DNA of 63,457 nucleotides, the filler included, from Octopus bimaculoides (lineage: Eukaryota), in NCBI RefSeq assembly GCF_001194135.2. It is 7 parts of 6 records of this genome, joined end to end, with 100 filler letters (N's around TTAATTAATTAA, not from the genome) between each part and the next. Parts side by side here need not be neighbours in the genome. Positions count along the whole stretch, not along the records: positions 58,762 to 63,457 come from NC_069003.1; 6 more parts are not named here. The stretch is one strand, 5' to 3'. Made by a program: the position numbers and the translations under genes. Below are positions 62,525 through 63,457 of this stretch, piece by piece; within the stretch, counting starts at the first letter, position 1, and each line of letters opens with the position of its first letter. The notes under the pieces are model-generated. The model did not search any database and was not told the origin of the DNA. It was given only the letters and a program-made list of their open reading frames with translations.

Positions 62525-63029
62525 TATTATACGAAGTTTTGTTGTTCTCAATAAATTAAATGATCTATGGGAGACTCAATGACACCTGTATCATTGACCT
62601 GTTAGAAATAACAGTTAAATCTCCGATATCACTCCCTACTGTCTTACGAATAACGAATGGCATTTTAGGTGATATATTCTCATATACTGAGGCATCATCA
62701 GCTAGCTGCCCTCCTTGTGTGCAGTCAGCTTCCGGAGACCCTTCACTTCCCTCTCTGTTGCGCTGCAAGCATACAATCAGCCTTGCTATTGTTTTCAGTC
62801 CATTCTTTGCTGCCTTTAGTCTAAGTTCTATTCATTAATTTGGTAATGTTCGTTACAGAATATACCTGAGATTATCATTAGACTATTATGATAATGAGTG
62901 TGTGTGTGTGGAGAAACCTGTGGAAATTCGTTTTACCTTTTATGAAAGCTGTGGTGGTGAAGAGGAGAACCAACACTATCTGGAAGAACCTGAAAATAGA
63001 AACAAATATATATATATGTATTAATATTC

Positions 63030-63411
63030 TTTTTTCGGTCATTTGACTGCGGCCATGCTAGAGCACCGCCTTTAGTCGAGCAAAGCGATCCCAGGACTTA
63101 TTCTTTGTAAACCTAGTACTTATTCTATCAGCCCCCTTTTGACGAACCGCTAAGATACGGGGACGTAAACACGCCAGCATCGGTTGTCAAGCGATGTTCG
63201 GGAGACAAACACGGAAACACAAACACACACACACACACACCTATATATGACGGGCTTCTTTCAGTTTTCGTCCACCAAATCCACTCACAAGGCTTTGGTC
63301 GGCCCGAGGCTATAGTAGAAGACACTTGCCCAAGGTGCCACGCAGTGGGACTGAACCCGGAACCATGCGGTTGGTAAGCAAGCTACTTACCACACAGCCA
63401 CTCCTGCACCT
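63030..63411 (-). mobile_element. full-length SINE family D
   Basis: Head AGGTGCAGGAGTGGCTGTGTGGTAAG..GGGTTCAGTCCCACTGCG, internal CA array, 3' GCATGGCCGCAGTCAAATGACC. Confidence 0.94.
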
Positions 63412-63457
63412 ATATATATGTGTGTTAGCGTGCGCGCGTGTATATATATATATATAT

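Overview
AT-rich, microsatellite-dense animal DNA from a draft short-read assembly, with about 8.7 kb (~14%) N gaps; six gaps contain an artificial TTAATTAATTAA linker. The repeat complement suggests an octopus genome (inference from recognised repeat families, not a database result). Almost all of the window is intronic or intergenic. The only well-supported host coding sequence is a pair of + strand exons missed by the ORF track, 39768-39928 and 41505-41648. They splice in frame and encode the C-terminal part of a CASPR/Neurexin-IV-type fibrinogen-like module directly followed by a calcium-binding EGF domain with an unusually long last loop. The rest is a layered graveyard of mobile elements: several tRNA-derived SINE families; R4/Dong, RTE, Tx1/L1 and Penelope-like retrotransposon fragments; Tc1, mariner and maT transposons; hAT, piggyBac-like and mariner MITEs; and Helitron ends with a PIF1 helicase fragment. 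The most notable unannotated signals are: (i) at least three sequence families of minimal type I hammerhead-ribozyme motifs with palindromic stem III, typical of Penelope elements, one with an intact catalytic core at 56164-56249; (ii) several long inverted repeats and hairpins able to form dsRNA in pre-mRNA; (iii) the non-canonical FBG-to-EGF_CA exon order. No prokaryotic features, CRISPR arrays, rRNA or genuine tRNA genes are supported. I found no single clearly novel multi-gene system.
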